From the human T2T-CHM13v2.0 reference genome, Homo sapiens: 64,000 nucleotides of DNA. The stretch is taken from assembly GCF_009914755.1 (NCBI RefSeq), contig NC_060928.1; one strand, 5' to 3'. Made by a program: the position numbers and the translations under genes. A model generated the notes under the pieces. That model ran no database searches and had not been told where the DNA came from. It was given only the letters and a program-made list of their open reading frames with translations. Within the stretch, counting starts at the first letter, position 1. Each line of letters opens with the position of its first letter. This document shows positions 62,225 to 64,000 of this stretch, one piece after another.

Positions 62225-63222
62225 AGAAAAACCGGAAGCTCTAAAAAGTAGAGCGCCTCTCCTCCTCCAAAGGAACGCAGTTACTCACCAGCAACGGAAC
62301 AATACTGGATGGAGAATGACTTTGATGAGTTGAGAGAAGAAGGCTTCAGATGATCAAACTACTCCAAGCTACAGGAGGAAATTCAAAGCAAAGGCAAAGA
62401 AGTTAAAAACTTTGAAAAAAATTTAGACGAATGTGCAACTAGAATAACCAATACAGAGAAGTGCTTAAAGGAGCTGATGGACCTGAAAGCCAAGGCTCGA
62501 GAACTACGTGAAGAATGCAGAAGCCTCAGGAGCAGATGCGATCAACTGGAAGAAAGGGTATCAGTGATGGAAGATGAAATGAATGAAATGAAGCGAGAAG
62601 GGAAGTTTAGAGAAAAAAGAATAAAAAGAAATGAACAAAGCCTCCAAGGAATATGGGACTATGTGAAAAGACCAAATCTACATCTGATTGGTGTACCTGA
62701 AAGTGACGGGGAGAATGGAACCAAGTTGGAAAACACTCTGCAGGATATTATCCAGGAGAACTTCCCCAACCTAGAAAGGCAGGCCAACATTCAGATTCAG
62801 GAAATACAGAGAATGCCACAAAGATACTCCTCGAGAAGAGCAACTCCAAAACACATAATTGTCAGATTCACAAAGTTGAAATGAAGGAAAAAATGTAAAG
62901 GGCAGCCAGAGAGAAAGGTCGGGTTACCCACAAAGGGAAGCCCATCAGACTTACAGCAGATCTCTCGGCAGAAACTTTACAAGCCAGAAGAGAGTGGGGG
63001 CCAATGTTCAACATTCTTAAAGAAAAGAATTTTCAACCCAGAATTTCATATCCAGCCAAACTAAGCTTCGTAAGTGAAGGAGAAATAAAATCCTTTACAG
63101 ACAAGCAAATGCTGAGAGATTTTGTCACCACCAGGCCTGCTCTAATAGAGCTCCTGAAGGAAGCACTAAACATGGAAAGGAACAACCGGTACCAGCCACT
63201 GCAAAATCATGCCAAATTGTAA
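62225..63222 (+). pseudogene. L1 ORF1p remnant lacking the ATG, with stops and a frameshift
   Basis: REKG and YPAKLS motifs; in-frame TAG (~62249) and TGA (~62351), a 1-nt deletion at ~62870 and TAA (~62896). Confidence 0.93.
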
Positions 63223-63712
63223 AGACCATCAAGGCTAGGAAGAAACTGCATGAACTAATGAGCAAAATAACCAGCTAACATCATAATGACAGGATCAAAT
63301 TTACACAAAACATTATTAACTTTAAATGTAAATGGACTAACTGCTCCAATTAAAAGACACAGACTGGCAAGTTGGATAAAGAGTCAAGACCCATCAGTGT
63401 GCTGTATTCAGGAAACCCATCTCACATGCAGAGACACACATAGGCTCAAAATAAAAGGATGGAGGAAGATCTACCAAGCAAATGGAAAACAAAAAAAGGC
63501 AGGGGTTGCAATCCTAGTCTCCGATAAAACAGACTTTAAACCAACAAAGATCTAAAGAGACAAAGAAGGCCATTACATAATGGTAAAGGGATCAATTCAA
63601 AAAGAAGAGCTAACTATCCTAAATATATATGCACCCAATACAGGAGCACCCAGATTCATAAAGCAAGTCCTGAGTGACCTACAAAGAGACTTAGACTCCC
63701 ACACAATAATAA
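62225..63712 (+). mobile_element. Inverted 5' segment of the L1PA3-like element (ORF1 from codon ~7, inter-ORF, ORF2 EN N-terminal half)
   Basis: Sense ORF1 peptides at 62477-62884 and 63004-63222, a 63-nt spacer, and ORF2 start MTGSNLHKTLLTLNVNGL at 63286. Confidence 0.97.
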
Positions 63713-64000
63713 TGCTAAGAGTAGATTTTAAATGTTCTCAACACACACAGAAAAATTAAGTACATGGGGTAATAAATATGTTAATTAGCTTGATTTAATC
63801 ATTCCACAATATAGGCATATGACAAAACATTACATTGTACACCATAAATCTGTACAATTTTTGTTTTTCAATTTAGAAAATATAAAAATAAAAAATAAAG
63901 ACACACATATAAAGCACATTGCCTACCATGAGGAAGTAGAGTGAAAAAGCAAAGTCACTGAAAAAAGATTGCCTCACCTTAAATCCCCACCCTCCCAATT

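Overview
Primate (human-like), AT-rich genomic DNA with no recognisable protein-coding gene, RNA gene or CpG island; most of the window is transposable-element sequence. Main contents: a MER57 ERV1 end with a tRNA-Leu-type PBS; a solo LTR7 next to a separate HERV-H provirus that has lost its 5' part and is fused to a partial Alu; a probable fossil hAT transposase; two young L1PA insertions with twin-priming 5' inversions, one apparently carrying a 3'-transduced older L1 end; two old full-length L1s (L1MA6/7-like and L1PA15-like) with nested insertions; complete THE1 and MLT1A MaLR proviruses; and several solo LTRs, Alus, MIR/L2 remnants and microsatellites. All long ORFs in the track come from L1, ERV or simple repeats. 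I found no new gene system. The most interesting signals are mechanistic: a 3' transduction, a possible gene-conversion tract between L1s 47.5 kb apart, a perfect TSD around an old L1 fragment, and a possible locally templated insertion. Repeat family and subfamily names come from my recollection of consensus sequences and need RepeatMasker/Dfam confirmation.
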